A stretch of DNA of 64,000 bases from Antedon mediterranea (GCF_964355755.1 NC_092671.1:40062304-40126303); one strand, 5' to 3'; shown: positions 48,382 to 61,376, numbered from the stretch's first letter. Numbers and translations are program-made. Notes: generated from the sequence alone by a model not told the origin.

Positions 48382-51300
48382 TCACAAAATTACACAACGA
48401 ATTGGTCTAATTATTTTCTTGTGATTTTTTGTAGGTGGGTTTTCATCTTGTTTAAACTTCCTGGTTAATTGAAAATTAAAAAAACAACTTAATTTAGAAA
48501 GAGATACCATATAGCATAGATGATGCAATAGTTTTAGTATTTTTATCCTACTAATAAATGTAAACATATATACAGTCATTTGTTATGGTTTTGAAAAAAA
48601 AACTATATAATTCTATAATAGAATAATTTTAAAAGGCTTAAAATCCTTCAACAAGCAGTATGTAGCGTAATTAGGTTATATGCATTATCATGCATATAAC
48701 CTCTTGATTCTGTCAAAATCTTTATTTGTTTATTTATTCTTTCCTTAGCACTATTTTGTCCGTGAATTATCTTGGCATCAGTTTCATCTAGCTAAGTCAT
48801 TTTTTTAGAGTATATTCCTTATCGCCAGGAATCGATGTGGTTATGTTTTCACGGTGCGCAATCAAACATTACGCGGTCTACGCGCGATTTAACGAAATCA
48901 CGTTTGTAATCATATCTTCACAAGCATGAATCACTTTTAAACAAAATTTGGTACTCATAAATTTCAGGTCACATTTCATCATATGGCAATACAATTACGT
49001 GCGTAGCGCATATGACGCATGCGTACGCGCGCTTAAAATGTTCAAAATTGTCAGAATTTATTTTCGATGAAATTAGAGTACGTTTCAGGCAATTTTAAGC
49101 GTTTAAAAAATTGCCATAAGTGCGTAGATTTTTGCACGCGCACTGCGCGTCAAACGTTATTGCGCACTGTTTTTGTCCGATTACTGTTGTATAACCTTTC
49201 TTTAACAATATCATCATATTGTATTCACTTTTCAACGCGAAACAGCGTTATACGAGCACGTCAAAAGTGACAGGCTACTGTACGCACGTGTAAGTTAACA
49301 AAATGGTGAAAATATGCTAAATTTTAAAATTAATATATATCGTTAGAATGCTCGGGAACACCTATTTTTTATTTCATTTTCTTGAAGTGTATGTATCGTA
49401 CGTATGATTTATTATGAAATTAAGAGAACAAAAGTTGATTAAGTCATCATTAATGACATATTAAATTTACAAAAATTAATTTCGACAATCAAACAAATTA
49501 TAACATTTTCTTAGGCCGAAATAACAAACTTAACATTAACTTTCTTCCTTAAGAAGTTCATATATTAAAGTTAAAAGTATATAGTTTGACAGTGCATCAT
49601 TTTTAAAAATCTTTAAAGATATCATCATAGTAAAACATTATAATTCATTGCGGTATGTAATAATCTATCTATAAGTGGTTACTGCATAGTAAATACACGG
49701 AGGAATAATTTTTTGTTAGTTGTGTATGGCTCGGTGGTCTTTGCTCGTGTCTATAGCATTCAAGGTACCGAGTTCGAGTCTCACCTTGGGAAATGAAACG
49801 AAAGAAGATTTTTTTTAATTATCCGTATTGTTTGTTCAATTGTATTTCTTAGTGTATAGATTATACAGATGATTTATAATGAAATTTAGATAAAAACACA
49901 AATGTGGTTTATGACATTATATACGCAGAAGGATCTTTGATCGGATTATGATACCGGATATCATATATTATAAATAACTAAAGATTCTGAGTAAATCAAT
50001 CAATCAAAATATCTTAAATCAATGCATATAACCTATAATTCGTCATAGTGACGAATTAAATTCTAGTTGTTATTTGTATATGTTATTTTTTATTTATTCC
50101 ATTATTGTTTCAATCTTAAAAGGAAGTAAATAAATGTTATTTTGGGTTGAATTTGAATAAAATAATATTATTTTTACCGTATTATCCTGACCAATTCATG
50201 AAATGCTTCGTCCACATTCTGTCTTGTTTTAGCACTGCATTCTACAAACTTCATATTCAAATCTCTTGACAACATTTCTATATCATTTGTTGATACCTGT
50301 AAATAAACAACTTGTTTTTTTACTGTACTTCACTTTGGCAGAAAAACAAAAACAAAACAATACACACATAATATTTACCTTCATGATTAACTTGGAACTA
50401 ACAACAACAACAACTGATCAAGCAATATAAAACACAACAGACCTAATGACCTATCTATGAAACTAATTGTTGTGTAGTCTAATAGCGCTATGTAAGAATG
50501 ACAATTTATGTCTATTTGTTTTAACTGGAATTGTTAATCTTCTTTTTCTGGGAGCCTAGGGATAAAGTTTTAACTTATATAGGTTTCCTTCCACACATAC
50601 TATGCTTTATTAATTTCTATCGAATTAGTTAATACAATATATATTTATGTATTTTTAATATATGTGTAGAGAATACTGTATATTGAATCAAAGAAAATAC
50701 AAATTGTGTATAAATGCTGATTGATAAATGGATCATCAATTAGTACAATAAACCTTTGTTGGTAACACAGAAATTAAAATTATAGCCTAGTATTATTTGG
50801 GTTTTGGACAACATTCTTTACAAGCTTTATTTCATTAATTATTGCTTTAAAAAAAATTTGTTATGATGAATGAATAAATTTGAATTCTGAAATTCTATTC
50901 AATTTCAATGAATATGTCCACGCCACAATTTCCTTTTCTTCTGTCAAAAAATGATTAAAACATCTGGTACTTTGTTGTAGAAGTTTCTACTTCATTTGTT
51001 TCATGAAGAAACAACTTCAACAATTCAATTTGATTAGCTGCCAATGCCTTCAAGGGCATAAACAGACAATACAATATAAATACAATTATTTACAACCGAA
51101 TGTAATTTTAATATCATTTTCGAGTTCAGAAAAGGATTGTATTTTTATGTATAATTGAATATAATATACCAGTGAGTGATATAATTGTCAAGTCAAATAT
51201 CATATTATCATTTGTTTTAAGAAAAAAATTTCTGTTGGCGGAGCACAATATCCAACGGACACAACATGAACTCAAAAACAAAAACATTACAAAAAAGTGT

Positions 51301-54300
51301 CTACAGTACATTATGTTTAAGGCTCTAATACAGTAGCTCCTGGAAAGAAACTATTTGTAAATCGTGCCTTATTGGCCTTAACTGGAACATACTAGAGGCC
51401 GGATGAAATTGATCATCTTTGATAGCCACTGCCTTTTTCTTTTATATACTGTATGTGCAATACCAGTTATATATATGTGCAATATACCAGTTATATGTGC
51501 AATATACCAGTTATATATATGTGCAATATACCAGTTATATATATGTGCAATATACCAGTTATATATGTGCAATATACCAGTTATTTATATGTAGTTATAT
51601 ATATGTAGTTATATATGTGCAATAAACCAACCTGTCTTTGTTCTTTAAGATCTGCTTTATTCCCGATAAGAACCATGGGAAACTCCTCTCTGTCTTTCAC
51701 TCGCAATATTTGACGGTGAAATTTGAAAATTTCATCAAAACTGTGAATGAAAAATAAATTGTATTTAAAAATGTATTTGAGACAAAACAAGTAATGTAGA
51801 GAAACATTAAATTTGTAATTGTTTGTAACAAGACCACCGAGCTTGCTGTGATGGCTAAGGCTTAGATTCAAGCCAGAGTAAGCAGTGGGTACTGTACTTA
51901 GTATAAACTACAAATTACTTCAGAGTAGGGATAAACATCTGACCAATTTCATATTTATTTTGGAGATATCTCAGTACAGTTGTTTATACCAAGTTGTACA
52001 GATGTTAAATGTTGCATCATGAATAAAATACATGTACTTGTTGATTATAGTTCACGACCAATATGATACTGACCTATTTTTATTACACAATGAGAAGACC
52101 AATAGAAAGCCATCTCCTGTTCTCATGTATTGTTCTCTCATTGCACTGAATTCATCTTGTCCAGCTGTATCCAAAACTAGCAAGTTAAATAAACATCAAG
52201 TGTTATTAGTCATTTTACACATCAATAGTGGTGTTAGTAGTCTATGCTAGCTTACCCGTGCTCTCCAGAGGGAGGGCTTAGATACCTAAAGTAAAAATTC
52301 CTATAACACTCCTGGACCATAATGGACTAGTCCGCAACCATGCCATCAAATTCTGCGAGCTTTTCTCATTGTTTAATGGGCCTAGTCTTCGTCATTTGAT
52401 ATTCAAGATGGAAGCGGCGGAATAATTAAAGTTGACATAAGAACAGAAGGTGAATGTTTTGAGAGAGAACATTCGTGGAAAGTACTGTATGTCCTGATCT
52501 TATCTTTTAACTAATTCAATTCATTATCATTACAAATGTACAATTCAAATATAGTAATCGAGGTAAAATAGTAGAATACACACTTAACTTTACAAAATTT
52601 AACAAGGTCAGGAGAAAATGATTCATAACATTTTGTTTTAATTCTTAGAAATATTCACAATAGGCTGTTTACCATCTAGGCGCAATAATAACGTAACTAT
52701 TGTCCATGGAAAATGATACAGTAGGTCATTATACCAAATAACTTCCAGGTTATACTAGCTTATTTCCTGTTTACAGCCTCTGTACATTCTCAATACTGGA
52801 TAGTAATTGTCATGATATACTGTGTATTTATAATTGTAAAAATAGATTTCTAAAAATGAATTTCATACTGCAATGTCTTGGGTATACTCTAATCTGTCTA
52901 TTATAAGTCCATCCAGCAATACGTCTAAATTTGGTATGTAGCTCCCTACACACAAAAGTAGTGAATTTTATTTTTTGACTTGTAATTTGTATGTATTTTT
53001 ATTAGTATATTAATATTATATTACATGTATTACAACAGAAAAATAGTGATGTGACATTTCTTTTCGTCTGTTTTACTTTTATCGTTTTGATTTACAGTAG
53101 CTTTGTCCTTATTATATTTGTATTTCTATTGAGCTGATAATTAAGATCAATCTACTGATAGTACCCAGAGCATTGCAAATTTTTTTCAGTAATTTGGATT
53201 ACATTTTATTAATTATAACTACAGTATCATAGCCAATGAACTAAATTCTTTTAAATATTGAAGCTATTAAAATAGCTAGGTTTGGTTCACATCAATGGCA
53301 ACATATGGTCTACATCCTTAGTAATTAGCAGGGATTATTTCTATGGAAAACTGAACAATATAGTTTTTACAAACATATATATACTGTCAAAAGCAAATTT
53401 CTAATACTTGAATCTGGACATGTGAACAAAGCCACAGAATATTATATCAACAATATCATCTTTCAATATCATGTGATCAATTCCACGCAAGACATGACTT
53501 AATGCTGACCTAGATGTAATCTATACAAAACACCAGGGTATTTAAAATTACAACAAAAACAATATTGTCATTCCCATAAGAAATGCACAGACTAAAATGG
53601 CTTATATGTTGGGGCTTAATACTTGCTAACAAGGCCTCTGGTATTGACTTTAGAAATCTTTCACACTAAATGATATCTGGTTGAACAAATATTATTCATC
53701 ATAATATACTAAAGTAAGTGTGCTTATCTCTGCATAAGTAGTGCTTAAAGTGCTGAAACAAGTGAAAAACAATTAATATTCACAAAACTGCATCTAAACT
53801 CTGTCGCAATTCTCAGCCCTCAACTCAAATTTAAAATATCACTGTACACACACAAGCTAAATTTTAGGAAGCTTTTATGAGAGTTGAATAATAAATACAT
53901 TAGTATGATACTTACTGTCCAACTTGGAAACAACATTATCAATTTGGCATTGCTTTGTATATGAGTCTTCAATCGTTGGATCATAATCGGAGACAAAATA
54001 TGACTGAAATGATAAATAAAAACCTTATTAATCACCTTAACAATAACAATTAAATCTAAATGTACCACTGATTTATTAGGATAATTAATATAATATATAA
54101 TAATTATAGTAAGTATTGGACCTACTTTCAAGAAAATTAATGATGGTAAGATATTGTAATTCTTTTCCTCATAAAAAAGTTACTAAAATTATACTGTATA
54201 AGTAGACACTATTATTAGGAAACTGGCAATAAATACAATTTTGTAGGTTTAATGACAGTTGTTTGACCTTGCTTGACCTTGCTTTATTGTACATAAATGA

Positions 54301-55528
54301 GTCAATGTTTGGCAAGATACTGGTGGTAGTAAGACCATAACGTTACAGTGGTATAACTAGTTCTTAACAAAAATATATACATATATATATATATTTAATA
54401 TCGTACCAAATTTTACACCAAATTTACTATAGATGACATGATGATTAGACAAGACAAGATGGGGTAATATAATTTGGCACCTTAAATTTAGTATGGTTCA
54501 AAGGTCAATTTACACAGACGAGCGGAAAACTGATTAGCTTGTCCCACGTACTGTAGTATCTTATCTATCCTGAGCAGAAATTGCCCATCTGCTCCATGTT
54601 GTGTACAAATGGTCATAAGGAATAACATGGACTCTATATTTTTATTATCGTTTACCACTCACCACTGTGCAACTACTGTGTAAGCGGTCAAATATGAATG
54701 TTGATATTGATATTAAAGCATGGAGGAAGTATGAACAGTATTTATAAGTGATATATAAAACTGAATTGACAACACAATCAATCTACTTGGATTCGTTAAC
54801 TCCAGCTAATATGTTAATGTTGTCACTGTAGAAAAATTAACTGTATTATAAGTTTTTTGTTTCAAGCTAATCTTTCGGCCAAACAACCAACATACCATGA
54901 AATGAAATCTGTATATTTTTATTTGCTATAGTATAGTATTTTGAAAAATTTAGTAATCAAATTAATTACCCTTCAATTATAAATAACTTTACTTGAAGAA
55001 ATAAAATCCACTCTCAAAAAATGATTCCGGATTTTTTAATGGGGAGCACACTATATTAATAAATTGTGAAATTTAAATAATACCAAAAATGTATTCTTCA
55101 TTTTAGCTGGCAAAACTTACAGTAGCCTGATCCTCCTCTTAACTATTCTATTTCCTTATTTGTCGGTGGGTCTAATCGTCTTCAAATGGGCCAACCATTT
55201 AACACATTCACACTTACAGTACAGAAAAATATCAATAAATGCACACCAACTTTTTTTGGAAAATAAAAACAATAATATTGATTGTATTATCATAATTAAT
55301 TGTTTCCATATAAATATTATTTAAAAAAATTATATATAAATTGGAATGAGAAAGGTGTCTGCACAAGAAGAACAATAACATTAAGAATTCCTCTCGAAAA
55401 CGAAGGTAAACAATACTTACTTGAATAAATTGAATTGTTAGGGCGCTTTTACCAACGCCTCCACCGCCAACCACCACAACTTTGTGCATCTGCTCGTTGC
55501 CACCTCCATTCGCAGTCCCTCCGGACAT
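48382..55528 (-). CDS. RRAS2: R-Ras subfamily small GTPase (RRAS2/TC21-like)
   Basis: Exons 55421-55528, 53916-54003, 52074-52176, 51632-51740, 50178-50296, 48382-48460. Motifs: [78 protein letters not shown], CaaX CVIL. Confidence 0.92.
48671..50068 (+). mobile_element. Helentron-associated (HINE/DINE-1-like) non-autonomous rolling-circle element
   Basis: 5' subTIR AGGTTATATGCA (48673-48684) with adjacent inverted copy (48691-48702); 3' subTIR TGCATATAACCT (50023-50034); hairpin AATTCGTCA-TAG-TGACGAATT (50037-50057); then CTAGTT. Confidence 0.85.
51453..51624. repeat. Short tandem repeat, 20-24-bp unit, ~6 copies
   Basis: TGTGCAATATACCAGT(TA)n. Confidence 0.9.
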
Positions 55529-56139
55529 TCTAAAGTTAGGCCTAGCTTAGCCTAGGCTAGTTCATTAATTCATGAAGGGAAAAACAACCAGCTTTAGTGT
55601 CTATAAGTGGTACATTTACTGACGAAAAATGTCTTTCAATGTTTGTTATAAAACTATTGTTAATCGACTTTAGGTTTACCAAGAAGAACTGAAAGTTTGT
55701 CCCGAAAATCCACACAGCTCAACAACCAGCCAGCAGAGTTGTGTTTTCTTACATGAAACCGGAAGTATGCAGGAAATTACCGGTTTTGATGAAGTGTGTA
55801 TAGTGTTCCGCCGCGCGGCACTTATTTAGACGGGTACCACCACCGCCGGTATGTTTAAATAGTTGTGTTTATCGCACGGCTTTTTTTAATTGATTGAAAA
55901 ATAATTATAATCATTTTTTGTTATTATTCACATAATGGTTAACTAGAACAAAATTACACCATTAAAAATTATTATTCTTGTCAGACATGAACGAGGTTTG
56001 ACCTTGCATGCTGTTTTAGTTATTTTTTCTTTTTATAAGTTTCTATTTTTTTTCCCTGCAGAAATGGTTAACTTTGATTTAAAATTTGATTGGTCATCTC
56101 ATGTCATAACTTTGAAGTACAGAGAAATTGATTATATAA

Positions 56140-56289
56140 TCTAAATGTGGTTTGTGACATGGCAAATACGCGACAAATCCTTCTTCAGGTTTTATATAAA
56201 ATATAGATTCTTATCTTTAATATATATTATTAAAAAAATAATATTTATTATTTAAATAAATCCATATAACCTATAATTCGTCATAGTGA
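56140..56289 (+). mobile_element. 3' remnant of the same HINE family, interrupted in its hairpin (continues at 58438-58460)
   Basis: AAATGTGGTTTGTGACAT and CATATAACCTATAATTCGTCATAGTGA match 49900-49918 and 50025-50051. Confidence 0.75.
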
Positions 56290-57100
56290 CAGAGGTCCCA
56301 AGTTGAAAAAACGAAATTTCGGGTAAACAATAGAGGGCGTCCTATAATAATTTAAAATTATATAGAGGGCGCTATAGTTTTACAAAAAATCTCGAGCATA
56401 CATCATCTGTGGGATATCCAATACCAAAATGTACTAGGCCTACTAGCATAATTGCCATTTCTGCCATTGTTATGCTTTTTGGCATTATTTAGAGGCCCAT
56501 TGCCACTGCATGTGGCATAATGCCGCGGCATTATTTATCCGTTTTTAGTATAATCATGGCATAATTTTGTGTTTTTTGAACAACTAAAAAAATAATATAC
56601 CACAGAACAAGAATAATATTATTAGTTAATCTTGCAATTTCGTGCATATCACCTTACACAATATCATATCGTACAAAACAGTTCTGTCAGCTTTTTTCGT
56701 ACCTTTTGTTTCGGACTCGATCGACTCTTCGGATAGGAAGGCTGCTCACAAACTACCGTGTGTGCGATAGGCAGCGCAACGAAACCGACGAGGCCCCGGA
56801 CGAGGCTAGCAGTGATTGACCAATTATGTATTATATTGTCGAGGAGGGCTACCCCCATGAAACATGGTTAAATAAAAACAAAATGAAACGAAATTATAAG
56901 TCTACAGGACCAGGTTGGGTGGAGCTAATAATTTAGAAAAATTGAGTTTCCCGGAAATTGGACTTTGAAATATGGAAAGAATATAAGTCTCCAAGACCAG
57001 CCCTGGCCCTGCCTAACCTAAATTAACTTAACTCTCTAAATATCTCTTCTTAAAAATAAAAGAAAAACATTTTATATTTATTTTATAAAAAAAAAAAAAT

Positions 57101-57170
57101 CCGTAGAGATTCGAACCCCAGCTAGTAGAGCTGAGAGAATCCAAACGATAGTTATACCCGTTATGCCACA
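57101..57170 (-). pseudogene. tRNA-like Pol III unit (degenerate tRNA or SINE head)
   Basis: Minus strand TGGCATAACGG (A box) ... GGTTCGAATCT (B box), followed directly by a long T run. Confidence 0.5.
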
Positions 57171-57356
57171 ATGTACTCAAGTAATGAAAAGTGACAATAG
57201 ATTAGTCTAATCATTACGTCATATATTTGCATATTCATGACGTAATTTTGAGGAAAGGAATCTAGTTTTAACCTTGAAAGGTGACAATAGTATAGTCATA
57301 TGACGTAATTTTGAGGAAACAAATCTAGTTTTAACCTTTCTATAAACCAGATAAGA

Positions 57357-57593
57357 GGGCCGGATAGCTCAGTCGGTAGAGCGTCGTGGAACACGATTAT
57401 CATGGGTTCGGTGGAAAAGAGTTAAAGCTATGCGAGCTTCTGTGTTTGGGGTTCACAGATTGAACAACGTCCCCCTTTCCACCACACATCATGAGGCAAT
57501 AACATCAAAGCATCTGATGTGTGGTACCCCCAAGGCTGTGAGAGAGCCTTACCGTGCTAGAGAGGCAGGGCGCACACCATCATTTTTTTTTTT
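57357..57593 (+). pseudogene. tRNA-Lys-like head followed by a structured body and T-run (SINE-like or Pol III ncRNA)
   Basis: GGCCGGATAGCTCAGTCGGTAGAGCG matches the 5' half of tRNA-Lys; no proper anticodon, T or acceptor arms; T-run at 57583-57593. Confidence 0.5.
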
Positions 57594-59349
57594 GGCTACC
57601 CGCCTCTTTTCGATCGCGTAAATTTTATGTTTGGCGCCCTCAATTTTAAGAACACCTAAGTTATGTCAGAAAATTAGGAACAAATAAATAGAAATGTGTA
57701 GAGATGCCGATGCCTGGCCTGGCTAGTGTATTCTCTCTATTTATTTAAATACATATGCATTATTGTAATAAATAATGTTCACAATTTTTTTGTGAATTTT
57801 TAACTTTGAACAAACGAAAAGGATTTCAAACCAAGTACTACATTTTACTGTGTTTGAGCATGAAAAAATGATATTGAATTAAGTGAATAATTGATAATGA
57901 GAATTCAAAACAACTGATACAATGAATTAAATGATGAACAATACCAGCCTGTCCACCAACCAACCCATTGATTGCTACCCCTATACAAATATTGAACAGT
58001 TGGTATGTCGTGCGTTATTATGCAAATGAGTTGGTGCAGGTGGGGAAGATGGCGTTGTTAGTCATTGTGGCAACATGTCACACTGTTGAATGTTGATCTT
58101 TACATTAGAAGATTATTCAAATCTTGTAAAAAAACAGGGCAGGAACCTAGCAGATTCCCTCATTTAGTTTAAAAGTAATCTAAAAAAGAAGTCCATCTGG
58201 AAAAGAAGCCCGCCCAAGAATACTAAAAAATGAAGGAGCACATTTTTGGCTTCAATTGGCCTTAGTGCTGAGGCGGGGAAGAGCACACGATAACATCTTT
58301 TAATTTGCAATACAAACAAAACTAAAAATATAAATTTGTGACGATATGGGATCAAATTTTTGGCCCACTTTGTGTCAGTTGGGGTTTTGCAGACGTTTTT
58401 TAATTAGGGCCAACTTTCGGGGAACTTGGGACCTCTGTAGTGACTAATTTAATCTATTTAAAAAAAGTAATATTTGAGAATGAAAAAGTTTCACCATAAT
58501 ATTGTACTATACAAAGTAAACAAGCTCTCTCGTTTAGCATAATATTACAAACAAATCAAGTGTATTGTTACCAATAGCAACAAAATTGACGATAAGTTTG
58601 CCTATGAAATGCATTATTATTTTATTTGAATGATTTCGAAATAACGAAATATTATTTTTTTCTTTCAACTAAGGGCCTTTTACAGTTGGCCTACTCTCAT
58701 TCAAATTAGTTAGTCTCTCCTACAAATATCTCCATGTTGAACAATACATAGATCATCAGCATACATTCCAATATAAATGGAAAAAAATCCGAAAAGGATG
58801 TGAGATGAGATAAATAATTTAAGTATTAGGAAAAGAATACTGTATAATGTCATACTCACAGACAAAACATTCGTATAAAGTACATGATTTTAATAAAAAA
58901 TCTGTTTAGCGCCCCCTAATGTGATAACATTTTAGCAGACGATTGGCAAGGAAATAATTAAAGACCTCATGGGCGCCGGGCCGGATCAAAACATTGTGAG
59001 TATTCCCTGTGTTATTAAAGTTTTAGCTCTCGTCTGATATCTGTACAACAGTATGTTGTTGTTGAATATGTTGTCGATGTGTTAAAGATCTAGGCCTAGT
59101 AACATTTAATGAATGTCAGTGTCAAAAAGTGGATTTATCTGGATGTTTGAATGTGCAAGCCTGGTAAGGAAGGCTCCGTCGTCCACGCGTGAACAACACA
59201 CAGGACAACAGTAGTCTGGCCACCACCAAAGTTTTTGTTTTTAAATTGAGCCTAGCCTAGTACGCTTCACTGTGTAATACTTGAATTTACCATTAAGCCT
59301 ATATATAAATAGTCCTAGTCTAGGCAGAAACAATTTGTGACGTTTAAAA

Positions 59350-60307
59350 ATGGAAACATCGGCCTCACAACACAACACGTTAGGCCCGGACGAGAATAGC
59401 ATAAAGGTAATGGCAGTTGAGGCGGAAGCCGCTTTGCAAGACATCCGATTTGCAGTGGATTCGGTCGCAGTTTCAACAACTTTACCCTCACGCCAGGATA
59501 TTGTGTATATGAATATAAAGACCAAAGAAGCAGAGGAACTCTGTATTGAGCTCTCAGTATCAGGTTATAGAGTAAGTATTGTCTTGACACAGACATAATA
59601 CATTGTTTTCAAAATATATAGAATAGGCATAACATTTGTTTTAAAGTTTATTTCAAGTAAACTATGAATGGCCCTTTTTCCTCTTTTCAGAGACTTTATT
59701 CAATAATATTTTCTATTACATATTTGACATTTTTTTGCAATTTGTGTTCATATGTACAAAGAAACAGCATTTATTTTAAATAATTATCCAATTGTGAAGC
59801 CTAGACAGGTAAAATTAGAAAGAACCTAAATATTGACAACAGCAAACAAATATGATAACATTACTATCTGAAAATATTTGATTTGTACACAATACTGACC
59901 CCCTTAGACAGTAATTAATCATGACCTTTGAATTAGATAAAGTCTTGACAATAAGATATGAATGCAAACACTCCTACACTCGGCTGTTATTAAACCGTAA
60001 AACCTCGAAAAGAAGCCCATCTAAAAAATAAGCCCTCTCAAAAAGAAGCCTCCCCCTCCTCTATATATAGTATATCTTGTCAAAGGAATAGAAATGTTGT
60101 ATAATGTTTGTTTATTTTTAGATTGTCGCCACCCAGTATGACAGTATAAACAAAGCACCACTTTCACAATACTACGAAACAATCTACGCTTTGTTGGATA
60201 ACCGTAGTCCAGGCTACCGTCTCTCATTTGGGGAAGCTTTAGTGGGTAAATTAAAAGACCTACAGGAAGATAGGTGTGCCGAGATGACGACGCAAAGCCA
60301 GAGCTGA
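59350..60307 (+). CDS. GSKIP: GSK3B-interacting protein (DUF727)
   Basis: Exons 59350-59571 and 60122-60307: ...EAEAALQDIRFAV...YMNIKTKEAEELCIELSVSGYRIV...YYETIYALLDNRSPGYRLSFGEALVGKLKDL...*. Confidence 0.93.
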
Positions 60308-61376
60308 TACCACATTCATTCTACTAGTAGTAAGGATTAATTTACACATTATGTGTCATACACTTTTTCTTGATCAAGTTTCTATGGTGTAGACATATGC
60401 CTAAATGTCTAGGGGCGGATTTAGTATTATAGATTAGGCGGGGCTAATGCCTGGTTAGCCCCGCCTAAATCCGTGCCTTGTGTCTAGTATTTAGTAGCAC
60501 TAAGGATACAATACAAACCATCAGATATCGTTTTAAAAAACAATCAATTGAATAAACATGGGGAAAAAGAAAGGTTTGATGTACTCTATGAAATAGAGGT
60601 TTAAACGATAAAACAGAGAAATCTTGTAAAACCTACAGAACGGTGATACCAACTTAAAAAACAAGATTTTGTAAAAGAAGTTATTACAATTGTAATATTT
60701 TAATGGAAATAATCAAGGATTGCTAAGTTTTTTTAAGGTTAATATATAAACTGAAAAATCCCTGAAAATGCTGTTTTCCGTGAGAAGTGAGCCTGAGAGA
60801 TAACAGTAAATCATGGCTGAAAGATTGAGATAAATAGACCACCTATTGATTAGGTACTGTATTGGAAATTGAAAGTTAATTTAAGAGTTGACATAGATCG
60901 AAGAAGGCTTTTGACATTTGTATATTTAGCTGGTCTATAGAGAATATGAGTTTATTGCCACTACTGAAGTATATATTTGTAATTTTCTAAAGCCAATTTG
61001 GCTTGACCTGTTTGTAACCTTTTAAAGGTTGCTGTTATAAGGTGAATTCCATTACGTTCAACCTGTGATTCTTAATGAAATTCTATATTCAATCCATTTG
61101 AAACAAATGATAAATTTCTTGGGAACGTTTTCAGATTTATAATGAATCAATCTTCTGTAAAGATTATAATAATTTAGCCTATAGCGCATTATTCAAGCCT
61201 ATATGCGCTTTTATATAATAAAAATGGGAGAAAAAATATATATATATATATAGATATAGTATAGTCCACATTCAGAGAGGCAAGGTTTTTTTACAAATTA
61301 TTAAAATATATTTTGCAGATTACAGTATGTAAGCAACTTCCAATATAATTAATGGATATAAAATTAGGTATCTTTA

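Larger units (their letters stand above)
56290..58437. mobile_element. Non-autonomous DNA transposon, 15-bp TIR CAGAGGTCCCAAGTT, 6-bp TSD TAGTGA (hAT-like)
   Basis: Perfect TIRs at 56290-56304 and 58423-58437; TAGTGA on both sides. Confidence 0.88.

Noticed and set aside
52256-52945. Two exon-like segments in RRAS2 intron 2 (52869-52945, 77 nt; 52256-52285, 30 nt) with AG/GT borders
   Set aside because: Inclusion causes a frameshift or an immediate stop and there is no Ras similarity; they cannot be distinguished from chance without RNA data (possible poison exons).
57357-57430. Functional tRNA-Lys gene
   Set aside because: Only the 5' half matches; there is no canonical anticodon arm, T-arm or acceptor pairing.
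60409-60480. Tiny hAT-like inverted repeat (TAGGGGCGGATTTA...TAAATCCGTGCCTTG) after GSKIP
   Set aside because: Plausibly a MITE remnant, but there is no clean TSD or second copy in the window.
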